Notes: a model not told the origin generated them from the sequence alone. DNA of 64,000 nt from Antedon mediterranea (GCF_964355755.1 NC_092680.1:15509045-15573044), one strand, 5' to 3'. Shown: positions 40,101 to 50,247, numbered from the stretch's first letter. Made by a program: numbers and translations.

Positions 40101-43100
40101 TAATTTTCAGTGTATCACCGGGCGGTTTGGAATTTATTTCTATGCCTGTTGTGTTTATATAAATATTATTATTATTTTCAAAATAAAAAACCATTTTTAA
40201 ACAAAAACTACAGTATAGAAAAAAACACCTACAGTGTTTCATATAAAACAAGCAAACATAAGTGTGAAAATCAAAAAATGTTTACAGTTATTTTAATAGT
40301 AATATAAATATTCATATTATTATTAATATTGTTTTAGTTGTAATGATTGTGTATACCTTGCAAGTTGGACAGTTGTAATTAAATTGTGGTACAATATTCA
40401 TTCCATGCAAAGTTCATGCATACTTTTAAGATAGCAAAATTATAAATGTGTTGATTGATCAACCTCTAATTACTAAACATTGCATCCACTAGCCTAGGTA
40501 GAATTTAAAGGGAGCACCCTGATTTATGTTTAAATATATATAAAATATAACTAAAATATATATAATATAAAATCATAACCATTCATATGAAATATTATTA
40601 GTGAATTTTAATATTTTACTATATGTCATGTTCATTTTTTTTTTATTTATTGAAGAAAAAAATTCAGTGTTTTACTTATTTAATAGTATTTCCCAGCTTT
40701 TAACTTGTCCATGGTCCAAATGGTCACATTTGCTTGTTGGTAAATGTTGTGTAGTTATACTGTAGTGTTTCCCAGGGACCTGCTTTTAATTTTACCAGGG
40801 TCCTAATGGTCACACATGCTTGTTAGTAAATGTTGCACTGTAGTTATTGTGTTTCCCAGGGACCTATACTATAAACTATAAACTTGTTAAATGATGTACA
40901 GTAGTTGTAGTGTTTCCCAGGGACCTGTATACAATTTATCCAGGGTCCTAAATGGTCACACATGCTTGTTGTTGCTAAATACTGCATGTGTAGTTGTTGC
41001 TGCAGGTTAACTTTATAAGTCCTTTGTGATGTATGATAAATGAAGATTGATATCGTGTTGATGGGTATTGTCAATGATAAATACGATATCTAGTTTTCCG
41101 TTACCATGACGAATTTAGCATTTTGTCATGTATATAAGCCATGATTATTTTGCATAAATTTTTGAAAATTATGTTAAAGATTTAATTTTTGTCTTTCATA
41201 AACATATTTGTCATCAGTGGCGGCCCGAGAATCAAATAAGCAATCTCATGAATCTTACTATAACTCACCAAATATATGTCTGTTTGTCCTGTTTTATTCA
41301 GAATCAGATTAGGGGTCGCACGGTCCCCCGGTCAGGGGAGTGGGGTTTACAGCTCGGTATAAGAAAGAATGAGTGTGAGTTTTTTAGGATTGAACAGTCA
41401 AAGTCAAATCTCAAAATGCTGATATTTTAAATGGGTATGCTTGTAGTAATAAGAATTATAATTTTTTTTTTCAAGATTAAAAGCATCAGACGTCATAAAG
41501 ATAGTCCCAGTCCTTTTCTTTATTAGACCATTTTCTCTTCCAAGCAAATAGTAATGTATCAATGAATTACCTCTATTTTCTTGACACCAAAATAGGAAAC
41601 TAATGATTTGTTTGATAACACATGATTTCAATCAAGAATCTTTTATAAAACAAATTTCCTGATTCTTGACATATGTTGAAAATTGAAATAATGTTGAACA
41701 TGAAAGGTTCAATGAAAGTTTACTGTCATCTTTATATAATATATCTGTGAATTTGATGAAAATCCTGTTTCAGCTTTCCATACATCATGATTTGCATGTC
41801 ATCATTCTAACAATCCCATATTTATGAGAATTATGAATTATTAAATTAATTATTCAATTCAATAATTGTAAATCATATTGGTTTATTCAACATACAGTAC
41901 TTGCATTTCTTCAATTAAAACTACACATTATTCAGTTTTGAGTATAAGAAATTTGATGTATGTATGATGCTTTTATGTTTCTCTAAAATATATTTGTTAT
42001 ATTTTAAATAAGATGTTTGTACAGGTATAGGAAGAATAATAATAATAATAATAAATATCATTTATAAAGCGCAAGAGACAAAGGTTTCAAAGCGCTGTGT
42101 TTTCCAAGATCTGTGCAAAGTAGTAGCGTGTGATTATGCGTCTCTGAAGAGATGAGTTTTGAGTTTAGTTTTAAATGTGATTACAGATTTTGATGAGCGT
42201 ATTTCGAGGGGTAGAGTGTTCCAGAGTTTTGGGGCTGCGACAGCGAAAGCACGATCACCGTAAAACCGAGTTCTGGACTGAAATACATATAAAGAAAGGG
42301 AAGGAGGGACTATTTTATATTTTGCCCCATGATTTTAATATCTTAAAAGGTATTTTCTTGAGAAAAGGATGTTGCAAGTAGAGTAGAATAAAAATAAATA
42401 GTGGCACATAGGAAAAGGAATGGAGCAAGGAGAGTGAAAAAAAGAGGTTAGGTTAGTTAGCATGTAGTAAATGAATAAACTGAGTTGAGTGTGACGGGGT
42501 GTTGAGCTTGTGGTGCCCAGCTTACCACTTAAACATTTCTATTTTTTAGTATATAATTGTCTCAACTACTTATGTTTACTTTGTCAACATTGTATTTTGT
42601 TTCCAATGTTACCACCACCATTAACGCTGTTCAGCCAAATAGTCTTCTGCCTTTTCCCCCTCTGCTTATTTCTGCTGTGAAGTTTCTCCAAAGTATTCTG
42701 TCAGATGCTGCTATGTTCTTTAATTTCTGTAGGTCCATTGTAATTTTGAATTGTGTTGGTAGTGTGGTAGTTGGATCTGATAATATTAGTGCTTTTAAGT
42801 CCCTTTTCAATGTTATTGGTAAAGTGCACACTGGTCTCCCTCTGAAGTAACAGTCAACTGCTGTATTTGTTTCTTTAGCCTTAACAATATATGTTCAAAT
42901 AGTCCCAACTAATTTGCATCTTTGTGATCGTTTTGGTTTGAGATGTTTTAAATATGTGGAAGAATTGCATCGTTGGAATTACCCACGTAATGAAATCAAC
43001 AAAATAAATTCTTTAAAAAAATCATTCTGGAAATATAAGATAACCATATGCTGTGTTTGATAACAATAATATTATTTATTATTCCATAATAGAAACTTTG

Positions 43101-43310
43101 TAGATTTCCTTTGTTTTATGTAGGAAAAATGCATGTTGATATATTTATTGTCAATCATTATCGTCATAGTGTAAATGGGCCTCTATGCCCATCACCAAAG
43201 TACACACACATACTGTGTACATTGCACTTGGCATTTCCAAATAGATTGTGTTAAAACATGTTATAATAATGAATTTGGTATTATATTTTTCAGGGTGTGT
43301 TATACAGTAG
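804..43310 (+). CDS. ULK3: Serine/threonine-protein kinase ULK3 (5'-partial, spliced; kinase domain + 2 MIT domains + C-terminal CaaX)
   Basis: Exons with GT-AG junctions and consistent phases: 804-944, 2000-2120, 2763-2867, 5495-5638, 6953-7035, 7460-7615, 8215-8320, 8542-8582, 8826-8931, 9452-9519, 10127-10202, 10463-10551, 12185-12260 and probable last exon 43294-43310 (sum 1329 nt = 443 codons). Translation closely follows vertebrate ULK3: [98 protein letters not shown]. The G-loop exon is not in the window. The gene identity is secure; the last exon is less certain. Confidence 0.93.
1580..1850 (+). mobile_element. Deu/Nin-domain SINE-like copy (degenerate)
   Basis: gataaggactataaaccgtaggtcc...cactttaaagaacccag...gagtagggg is the reverse complement of the core at 61660-61775 and resembles the DeuSINE core as recalled; A-rich tail. 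Confidence 0.6.
2000..2120 (+). CDS. ULK3: ULK3 exon (kinase hinge)
   Basis: tctttccag|TGGGAT...AATTAG|gtaaaa; [40 protein letters not shown]. Confidence 0.97.
2763..2867 (+). CDS. ULK3: ULK3 exon (catalytic loop)
   Basis: tacatcag|CTAGTG...TTGCAG|gtaagc; [35 protein letters not shown]. Confidence 0.97.
3273..3598 (-). mobile_element. Interspersed element carrying an internal tRNA-like gene, flanked by a 19-bp direct repeat
   Basis: ctatttataaatctataaa at 3254-3272 and 3599-3617; related copies at about 3010-3120, 31580-31855 and 40030-40160. Confidence 0.75.
3382..3453 (-). tRNA. tRNA-like cloverleaf (anticodon ATC, Asp-like), repeat-borne, probably not a decoding tRNA
   Basis: GCCCCAG TG GTCT AATGGTTA GGGC A ACTGC ATATCAA GCAGA CGGT CCGAG TTCGAGT CTCGG TTGGGGC G: 7-bp acceptor stem, perfect T arm, A and B boxes, then TTTTT 2 nt downstream. 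Confidence 0.5.
3746..5446. repeat. About 230-bp tandem duplication; second copy interrupted by a Helitron
   Basis: Copy 1 about 3746-3976; copy 2 about 4006-4120 plus 5331-5446. Confidence 0.9.
4121..5330 (-). mobile_element. Non-autonomous Helitron (1210 bp)
   Basis: Minus strand reads A|TCTATATATAAATTTACG...CTAG|T with no TSD; 3' hairpin CTAGATGGTACGC-n11-GCGTACCATCTAG; the empty site is visible in the adjacent duplicate (gaaa|taacaaattt, about 3860). Confidence 0.9.
5495..5638 (+). CDS. ULK3: ULK3 exon (DFG to APE)
   Basis: ttgaag|ATTTTG...TTTTTG|gtaagt; [48 protein letters not shown]. Confidence 0.97.
6543..6706 (+). mobile_element. Inverted-repeat element enclosing a decayed tRNA-like segment
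   Basis: ttggtcagatgttttg / caaaatatctgaccaa and taagtacattgagaat / attctcaatgtactta enclose ggaggtcgtgggtttgagtcccacc (variable loop + T arm). Confidence 0.5.
6953..7035 (+). CDS. ULK3: ULK3 exon
   Basis: ctttttag|AATGTC...ATTAAG|gtaagg; [28 protein letters not shown]. Confidence 0.96.
7460..7615 (+). CDS. ULK3: ULK3 exon (end of kinase domain)
   Basis: ctgatag|ATCCCG...CGTGCT|gtgagt; [52 protein letters not shown]. Confidence 0.96.
8215..8320 (+). CDS. ULK3: ULK3 exon (MIT1)
   Basis: tttctag|AAAAAA...TACACT|gtaggt; [35 protein letters not shown]. Confidence 0.95.
8542..8582 (+). CDS. ULK3: ULK3 exon (MIT1, 41 nt)
   Basis: ttgatag|ATGAAA...TCAAAG|gttagg; [14 protein letters not shown]. 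Confidence 0.93.
8826..8931 (+). CDS. ULK3: ULK3 exon (end of MIT1, linker)
   Basis: ttttag|GTACGA...TTTTGG|gtacga; [35 protein letters not shown]. Confidence 0.92.
9452..9519 (+). CDS. ULK3: ULK3 exon (start of MIT2)
   Basis: ttttttag|ATGGGT...ACATTT|gtaaga; [23 protein letters not shown]. Confidence 0.9.
10127..10202 (+). CDS. ULK3: ULK3 exon (MIT2)
   Basis: ttttacag|GATGAA...TACAAA|gtgaga; [25 protein letters not shown]. Confidence 0.93.
10463..10551 (+). CDS. ULK3: ULK3 exon (MIT2)
   Basis: tctatag|GCGAAC...TTAGAA|gtaagt; [30 protein letters not shown]. Confidence 0.94.
11190..12108. mobile_element. Possible Helentron/Helitron-like non-autonomous element (left boundary uncertain)
   Basis: Subterminal hairpin ggttatccgc-caagt-gcggataacc at 12075-12099; CpG-rich interior unlike the flanking intron. 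Confidence 0.35.
12185..12260 (+). CDS. ULK3: ULK3 penultimate coding exon
   Basis: ttttgcag|ATGAAT...CAACAT|gtaagt; [25 protein letters not shown]; ends in phase 1. Confidence 0.85.
12386..13171. repeat. 39-bp minisatellite, about 20 copies
   Basis: Unit ttataccacacctggaatgaacctaagtttactgtcttc; produces the 13-aa periodic ORFs in the track. Confidence 0.97.
14722..14735 (+). CDS. ULK3: Candidate alternative ULK3 terminal exon (CILC*)
   Basis: ctatttgacag|GT ATT TTA TGC TGA gives ...DAT-CILC* in phase 1; AATAAA at about 14829. Weaker polypyrimidine tract; could be chance. Confidence 0.3.
15184..15870. mobile_element. MITE with CCCAGYGGGCA termini (CMC/EnSpm-like) and internal AACGTTGA-rich repeats
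   Basis: tt|cccagcgggca ... tgcccactggg|tt (2-bp TSD); internal subrepeats about 60 bp long. Confidence 0.75.
15993..16504 (-). mobile_element. Kolobok-like MITE (TTAA TSD), related to 35988-36571 and about 7830-8070
   Basis: ttaa|agactgacctgcat ... atgtaggtctagtgtct|ttaa; shares the tttaccagctaggcctacaaaactaagcct core with the other copies. Confidence 0.7.
17372..17859. mobile_element. piggyBac-like MITE (TTAA TSD)
   Basis: ttaa|cctcttgaagac ... gtcttcaaaggg|ttaa. Confidence 0.6.
18911..19256. mobile_element. MITE (PIF/Harbinger-like termini)
   Basis: agccttcttcgcactggact ... agtccagtgcgatcaaggct; internal ttttacc repeats. Confidence 0.65.
21880..22620. repeat. About 200-bp direct duplication separated by a poly(T)-headed retro-insert
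   Basis: gcacatagtaaagctttc...aatcaagttcagcccctaaacatt at about 21885-22020 and 22452-22580; T-run at 22153-22185. Confidence 0.7.
22860..23112 (-). mobile_element. RTE-clade LINE 3' fragment
   Basis: [21 protein letters not shown]...[22 protein letters not shown] is the typical RTE ORF C-terminus; includes a 24-bp triplication. Confidence 0.8.
23127..23505. mobile_element. Foldback element / long-TIR MITE
   Basis: About 110-bp arms (acacaaattattgtttg...gatgaaaagatcttgattgactacaaaaagcaagtg and its reverse complement) plus inner 28-bp perfect arms aacttattgttaaaatgattttaaaata. Confidence 0.8.
26157..27096 (+). mobile_element. LINE 3' fragment (ORF2 C-terminal zinc-knuckle region) with possible (ATT)n tail
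   Basis: [15 protein letters not shown] resembles the C-x2-C...E..H....C motif of non-LTR ORF2, followed by helical C-terminus [10 protein letters not shown]; AATAAA + (ATT)n at about 27063-27095. Confidence 0.6.
29378..29737. repeat. About 180-bp tandem duplication
   Basis: tatttatttaaactaaaga...ccaccgtcaaatactgatatt occurs twice head-to-tail. Confidence 0.9.
31189..31227. repeat. (GAATT)n microsatellite, probably a retroelement tail
   Basis: About 8 copies after gtgaataaatgttcttt. Confidence 0.85.
33201..34990. repeat. 57-bp satellite (two 27-30-bp subunits), about 27 core copies with a degenerate right end
   Basis: Unit gggttcaattcctggcatacagtgccaagggttcaaatcccagcttagtaccatgaa; no unique spacers. 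Confidence 0.97.
35988..36571 (+). mobile_element. Kolobok-like MITE (TTAA TSD) with empty site preserved nearby
   Basis: ttaa|agcccccttccctac ... gcagggaaggggtgt|ttaa; the paralogous segment at about 35735-35810 has a single TTAA (gaactttaaacattataattaaaa). Confidence 0.85.
36989..37148. mobile_element. 160-bp MITE (Harbinger-like); related copy nested at about 48603-48701
   Basis: gtcaatttacacagacgagcggtaa ... ttaccgctcgtcagtgtaaattgac. Confidence 0.8.
37881..39122. repeat. CAA-rich minisatellite (18-24-bp units, caacaagaagctcacccacaa)
   Basis: Q/E/A/H/N/P-like reading is broken by stops and frameshifts; contains higher-order duplications. Confidence 0.92.
39955..39992 (-). ncRNA. Minimal type I hammerhead ribozyme (Penelope-like element pLTR)
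   Basis: Minus strand: GCA-CTGATGA-A-GGGC-tagtgtt-GCCC-GAAA-GC-TC-TGC; conserved core, stem II, palindromic AGCT stem III, 3-bp stem I. Confidence 0.7.
40705..40990. repeat. Degenerate tandem repeat, about 3 copies
   Basis: gtagtgtttcccagggacct and ggtcc(t)aaatggtcacacatgcttgtt recur. Confidence 0.75.
42035..42280 (-). mobile_element. L2-clade LINE 3' end
   Basis: Minus strand translates [47 protein letters not shown], then a short 3'UTR (cagcgctttgaaacc...gcgctttataaatg) and a (TTA)n tail. Confidence 0.9.
42560..42900 (-). mobile_element. RTE-like LINE 3' fragment
   Basis: [18 protein letters not shown]...[19 protein letters not shown] resembles RTE-type ORF C-termini. Confidence 0.6.
43294..43310 (+). 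CDS. ULK3: Probable ULK3 terminal coding exon (WCVIQ*, CaaX)
   Basis: ttatatttttcag|GG TGT GTT ATA CAG TAG completes the phase-1 codon and gives ...DAT-W-CVIQ*, matching the C-x-x-Q end of human ULK3 (CTLQ). Confidence 0.7.
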
Positions 43311-44361
43311 TGCAGTTTTGCAACACCTGCAATGAAAGTTTGAACCCATAATATTCCACAAATATCAATACAACTTCATTCCTATTGGTTTGTACATTGC
43401 AATATGTAAATTATGAAATGTTTTAATGCTATTATTAATGTATACTAAAATTGTATTTATTTTTTTGCATTAAATATGCAGTTTTGCATAAATGTTCAAA
43501 GTTTAATTTTGTGATTTATTACATTCTGAAATAATTAAGATGTATGTAAATATCATAATAATATTTTAGGGATATGTAGACACAATTTACACTCGGACTG
43601 TAATATAATTTAAAGGTATGTGAAACTGTATAATATAGAGTATATTCATGTAAAATATACCATTTTACTAATTATATTACTTTAAACAAGTTTGTTTGCT
43701 ATTAGGCCTATATATACCAACCAACCATACTTATATATTGGTGATCTCACAAAAGCTTATTAAAGTCATGAGTTGTCGTCTGTATCTTCAGTATGGGACG
43801 AAATATTAAATGGTCTCTGTCGCTCTTGGCAATTTGTCTGGTATGTCTCACAGTTTCTGATTCTGATTTATTTATTTTTCTTATCAGTTCGATTATGTAA
43901 GGAATTACTTATTTTATAGAAATATGTTGGGAGAATGTTACATATATATACAATATCACTGATATAGACCACCTATAGTATTAGTATTAAAAATTTTTAA
44001 ATCGGTTATTAATTGTGTTATCTGTTCATATTCTAGTTACCAATGATTTCATTCATTTGGTATGATTGTCATATTTTTTTCTGAACTTCTATTTTTATGT
44101 TTGAAAGAAACATTTATCAACTCAATTTCATATCATGACAATTATCTTTCTCATTAGTCACCACAATTTTCATTTTGATTACATCTACACCATGTATTTG
44201 AATATTGGATATTGTGACGTCATCATATGGCCAGTTGAATCGCGTTTGTCCAATTATCTTTCAACTTTTAATATATTGTTGCTCAGACAATTACCTGTCG
44301 AAATGTTCGTCTTTATGTCTAATGTTGATGATTTCATCATACCAATTTCACCTATGCTATT

Positions 44362-44545
44362 ACAGTTGACCCTCTGTGAGCGGCCACCTCCCTTAAAACC
44401 GCAATTTGAAAAGCCTGTTTGTTCTTCCTATCTAATCATTTGGTATCTCCCGTAAGCGGCCACCTCCCGTAAACGGCCGCGGCCACTTTTTATTTTACTG
44501 AAAACTAGAATTTTTTTATGATAAATTACCTCCCGTAAGCGGCTA
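44362..44545. mobile_element. Tc1/mariner-like MITE end
   Basis: ta|cagttgaccctct followed by repeated ctcccgtaagcggccacc. Confidence 0.55.
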
Positions 44546-47500
44546 CACGAAACATTCATAATGACTTTTGACATATATCTGTAACTGTGTCCGTTTGATA
44601 CTTGTATATTCTAGAAATAAGCCTCTACTCCACAATATACAGTACTACCGCAGGGAAAATTTTCATTAAAAAATTTTGTTTAGCAATATTGCTAATCAAA
44701 CTGATTTTTAAGTCGAGAAACATAGTTTTGTATTGTATTTTTTGCTACACAATTTTCAAAATGTGTAGCAATAAGGTTGTTTTGTATAGCTTTTTGCTAC
44801 GCTACACTGGCGAAAATGTTCCCTGTACCGTATAGTAACGTTTAGACTTTTAGGACTTTGTTCATTTCAGACTATATTTACGTTACAAAAAAATGTTTAC
44901 TACTGATTGTAGTATAATAGTAATATAATATAATAAATTATTTCTTAAATTATTAAATAGAATATAAAAAAAACATTAATTCAGAAAGAACAATAATTAA
45001 AATTGTTGCGTCAAAAAGTTGAGCGGCGTTTTTTTTTCAGTCTTGTTTATAAATTAAATGTTGGTAACATTATCACATGTATCACCTATAATTCGTCAAA
45101 ATGACGAATTAAATTCTGGTTATATTATAGTTTTTTATTTAATATATAATTATTTTAAATAAAAAATACAGTGCTTATTCCATTGTCTAGGCGATATATT
45201 AACAAACTTTAAAGATGTATTGTCCCCTAAAAACTGAAATATAAAGATAGGCACAATGGACCATTCAAAACAAAATAGGTACAGTAAAGGGTTGGTTTTT
45301 TAGCAGTGATGTAATTTGGACGGCCATGTTACCGTCGCTCGACATAAGCTTTAGAGAGAATCGATTTATAACGTGCTTAATAGCAACAAACGAAAAACAT
45401 CTTAACTTTGTTTACAGTTATTGGCTAATATTGTTTTTCTTAAAACGTATGATACTTTATAGAAAGATATGTTTGATGAATAATGCCAAAGTTTTCACTT
45501 AAGCAATTTTCTTAAACTTAAGCAACAGGATTAATAAATGCCATCGGGATAAACCTCAAATGTAGAAAACGTCTTAGGCCTATCATAATGGCTATCTTGA
45601 TATTTTTTTTCTTGGTTTAGTATTTCAAGATTTTCAGTAGGCCTACTTATTTAGGCTTATTTTGGGGCACTATGAATCAGTTAAACACTTTTGATAGATT
45701 ATCTTAATATTATCTTACTCCCGGTATTTTTAAAAATTATAATCCTAAACAAATACGTTTTTTCTTAAAATTTGGATGACGTACTTCATAAATGCTTTAA
45801 TCGGTTTTTTAATAGTAAATTTTGTCCGAAACAGAAGTTAAGCAAAAATATTTTTACATTTTTTTCTTAGTTCTTGGAAAACGTACCGTACTCCATAAAT
45901 ACTCATTTTTTCACTTAAGCACTTTATGATTATCTTCACAAAAATAATAAATAGAAGCCAGCCTATAGCAATGTAGATCTAGAATGTTTAAATTTTTCTC
46001 TACACTAGGCCTTGATGATAGATTCTCAAATGTTTTTGAACTAACATAAAGCACACAAATATTAACGTATTTATTCCCTTGAATTGTAGATGACAATAAG
46101 TTCATTTCCATAAGATAAAAATGATATAACTGTAGAGACAATAAAACTTTTGATCTCAACACAATAATGTAAAACATTATAATATGTTCATGTTAATAAA
46201 CAAAAAAGAAATGCCTGCAAGGCCTTTGATTTTCCACGTAACCACATAATTATTTTGATATATAAATTATGCATTTTTATCTCAACTCGATGAATATCTT
46301 AACAATATTTCGAGTAAATCCTATGGGTTTTTTTGTAATATATTCCTATGTTATTCGTGTTTTTCTTTATTGTCAATAATTAATTAACTTTTGGTGTATA
46401 ATATAATAATAATAATATACACATCGGTATATGTATTTAGGCCTAATATTATCTCTATGTTATTATGCATTGTCGTAACGCTATAAATATTGAAAATAGA
46501 GAAGTGTAAACATCATAAAAATAAGGAAAAAAGGGTAGAAAACGGAAATTTAACGTTATGAAAATGAAATTTGAATATACAAATACTGTAATAATATGAA
46601 TGATTAAATGAATAAATGTGTTGGTTAACCACAAAAGGTAAAAACAAAAATAAACATTTCAATATCGCACAGTGCTCATTATGGATCTCATGTATTGAAT
46701 ATACCTTTATATCTATCAAAAGTCATCCTAACTCATCTCGTTTTGTTTTTATTTTATTGAGCTCTGCCTCCACGTATCGGAACACTCTGCCTAGATGAGC
46801 TGAAACAGTTACCTTTTATGCCTAAATATTGAAACAGGCCTTTAACCATATTTATTAAAACAACGTATAATATCCCCTGTTATGAATGGTAAAACCTTTC
46901 TGGGTTCTCTTCCTCGGAATTGATGCATTTCAAGTAAGCCGTGATCATCTTGAAATTGTAATTTTTACGCTGGCCTGGCAGGTCACTTTAATCTTGGTCA
47001 ACGAATCAAGTCTAATCCGATTAGAAAGCCTATAGTCATGATATGTATTATCATCGTAATAAATGTGTATGCTTAATTTGTTCAAATCATTTCAGGTTTA
47101 ATTTCGTTTATCTAATTATTCAAGTGGTTCTAACACTACCAAAACGAGAATGATTCTAATACTTAATCAATATACACATTCTTATTAATTTAATCTAAAA
47201 ATCTGTTTTAACCAAATTGACTGCGACACTAATTGAACTGTATTCCATCTTGGAAACAGTCGTCTTTTTCTATAACAATACATTCTGATGCATTATAAAT
47301 AACTAAAGTGTTTGTGGGAGAGTGGGAGGTACTCCGCTCATTCCTCGCAAACAAGTTTGAATTACTTCCCAATACCTCTTACGAATGCCTACATATTTCT
47401 TTTACCTGAGTGGGGAGGAACATATAGATAAAACGCAACACTATTTGTGTTACATGTGTGGTTAGGAACAAGGAAATCTAGGAATAAGGTAGATAGAGGA

Positions 47501-48570
47501 CCCAAGGCTGCGGTGACCGAATCGAAGACTTCAACCGACAACTTCCAGATTACAAGCGCAATACATACCGCACAAAATGCTTAGTACAGTAATTGCATTT
47601 GTCTCCCGGTTGTTATATTTATTTTGAAATGTTTCTTTTCTACAAGTATTTTCTAATTGATTTTGTTTTATGGATTTCCGCATTTGTTACATTTTTTTTC
47701 TCGTAAGTGTTTTGTGACATGATGTGAAAATCGAAGACATTACATGAAGCCATAATAAATCATAGGTGTGTCAAACTGTGGTAAAGTGTTCTGAAATTCT
47801 TCGAATTTACCGACATCACTCAGTTTATGATACTTATACGTGCTCATTCCTGGGTTAACGTTTTTGTCTAAAGCGTGGTTCCCACTAAAGACGCAACGCG
47901 AGTTGACCATTGACGGAAGCGACAGTTCGAATAATTCATCACCTGTGATTGGTCAGATCACTTTTACCTTGCGCTTGAGCTTGATTCCCACTCCTACGAT
48001 GGAACGCAATGGACGTAACTGCCGTACGAGCCTTCGCTTAAGCTAAGCTAAATTGTACAAAGCATTTATGCTTTAAATTATTTTAAATGCTTGATATATA
48101 AATTTTACAAAGAAGGAGAGTTCGATCATTTCATTGATTGATTCGATTGTATTGTTTCTGCTGTGTGGTGAATAATCATGTAATGCAAATATATATATAT
48201 CTTATATATTTCAATGCACATGCCCCTCCCACCGGACGAATTCCAGTTTCAAGTCATGGAATTGATTCTTACCTTTGTGTAATTCCACTTTATGAATTCA
48301 ATATTCCAAAAACCTTATGTCGAATTTAGCTGTTTTGTTTTAAGGTTTTTAGGCCCATACACTGCTATAGTATCATTTCAATGTCTTCAGTGACGGATGA
48401 GGATTGTGCGAAGAGTATTATAAATAACCCGGTTTAAACAAACTATTTATTACAGTCTAATAATATAATAATAATGCTAAGAAAATATTCAACCTTTCGA
48501 AATTTATAAAAGTGTAGGTAAGTTAATCGAATCTTTAAACCAACATGGGGTCAATGTGTTCTACAACCAT

Positions 48571-48758
48571 TACAGTCAAAACCATTCAGGGGACACCCTA
48601 GAGGCCAATTTACACAGACAAGCGCGTAGCTTGTTTTCCACGTAAAATATGTATCTATCTTGAGCGTAAACTCCTCCTCTCCGGCGTTGTGTGTAAATTG
48701 TTCTTTAGGGGAACATGTTTACCTCTCGAAGGTTTCCCCTTAATAGAGTGTTACTGTA
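48571..48758. mobile_element. Tc1/mariner-like MITE with a nested Harbinger-like MITE
   Basis: ta|cagtcaaaacc...agagtgttactg|ta; inner ggccaatttacacagac...gtgtgtaaattg is similar to 36989-37148. Confidence 0.55.
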
Positions 48759-49865
48759 ATAACAATGTATGTTTGCATGTGATCAATTAGATTTTAGAGA
48801 ACATAGGCCTACCTTTTAATTGAAACCCTGTGTTATTATTCTTTGATTGTTTTTTTAGGGTGGGTTACTATTAGAAGGGAGTTACTATTAGATTAGTGGG
48901 TTACTGTTACTAATCTTAAATTCAGCACCTGAAAATAGTAACCCACCCCCAACTTTTTCGGTCAGCAACAGCATAAGCCTTTCTAGCCAGGGGACTCGCA
49001 TTCAACGCCGCGCAAAATGTATTGCTTTTAAGCCATTTAAACTCAATAAAAATGTTATTTCGTTAAACAAAATTAGAAGTTCAAAAAGCGGCCTATTAAT
49101 TAGAGTTTTAAAAATTTCACTTTTAGGTGTAATTTGAACTGTATATTGTTATACGTACATTATTTCTAGTTCTCGTTCGTTCTCGGTAAACGGGAAAATG
49201 GCAACTTTATCGTCCTCAAAAAGATAAGACGACGGAACTTCCCGCTAAGCTCCGCCCACATCGTTAAAGATCATGCATAAATTATTCACGAGCACCGTCC
49301 TGTGGCATCCCATCCTGTTTCGTAAAGTCCCTATTGTCTAGTGTGAACGAAACATTAACCATGAGTAGATTACAACTGTACATTACAATAAACGTACGCT
49401 ATGTATCGATGATATGCTGAATATTAAAATTAATTAAAACGAACTGGATAGTACACTGAGCATATTGCCACTGCGCATCTAGGAAACGTTTATTTTATGA
49501 AACATGTTCTTAGGTGAGTGAGTGAATTGACTCACGTTTGATAGCATCATATATAATAATAAAAAAATCTATTGTAAATTACGAATTGTAGCATTACATG
49601 TATTTTTCTCAGCAGAAGAGTTGTTGAAATATTGCATTAGAAAATGTAGTAGGCCGGTTAAATCAAAATTCATTCTTTATTAGAAAATGTACACTGATAT
49701 TGCGAATAGCTGTTCATTTCCACAGAATTCTCAGAACATTGCTTTACAAATTGTAGTATTAAGGGCTACATGCTTTCTCCGAACTGCGCTGAAGAAATTA
49801 TTGCACTAACATTTATTGCATTATATATAAGGATTATGGCTATGGCATCAATAGACAATGCATTT

Positions 49866-50247
49866 TGATGATGACGACGACGATGATAAATGATGATGAT
49901 GAAAATGATGATGATGAAATTGATGATGATGAAAACGATAATGAAAATGATGATGACATTTATGATATTGATGATGATAAAAATGAGGATGATGATGAAA
50001 ATGATGATGATAAAATTGATGAGGATGATGATGATGAAATTGATTATGATGAATTTGATGATAATGATGAAAATGATAATGATGATAAAATATGTGATGG
50101 TGATGATGAAATTGATGATGATGATGATGATCGAATTGATGATGATACAATTGATGATGATGATTGATGACTATTAGTCATATCTTAAAATGTTTGATTT
50201 AAGATGATGATGATGATGTACCGTAGACGATAACGTTGATGATGAAG
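49866..50247. repeat. Degenerate (GAT)n microsatellite
   Basis: Gives poly-D, poly-M and poly-H ORFs in several frames. Confidence 0.92.

Noticed and set aside
49848-50177. Poly-Asp, poly-His and poly-Met proteins
   Set aside because: Degenerate (GAT)n microsatellite with no signal peptide, splice sites or unique coding flanks.
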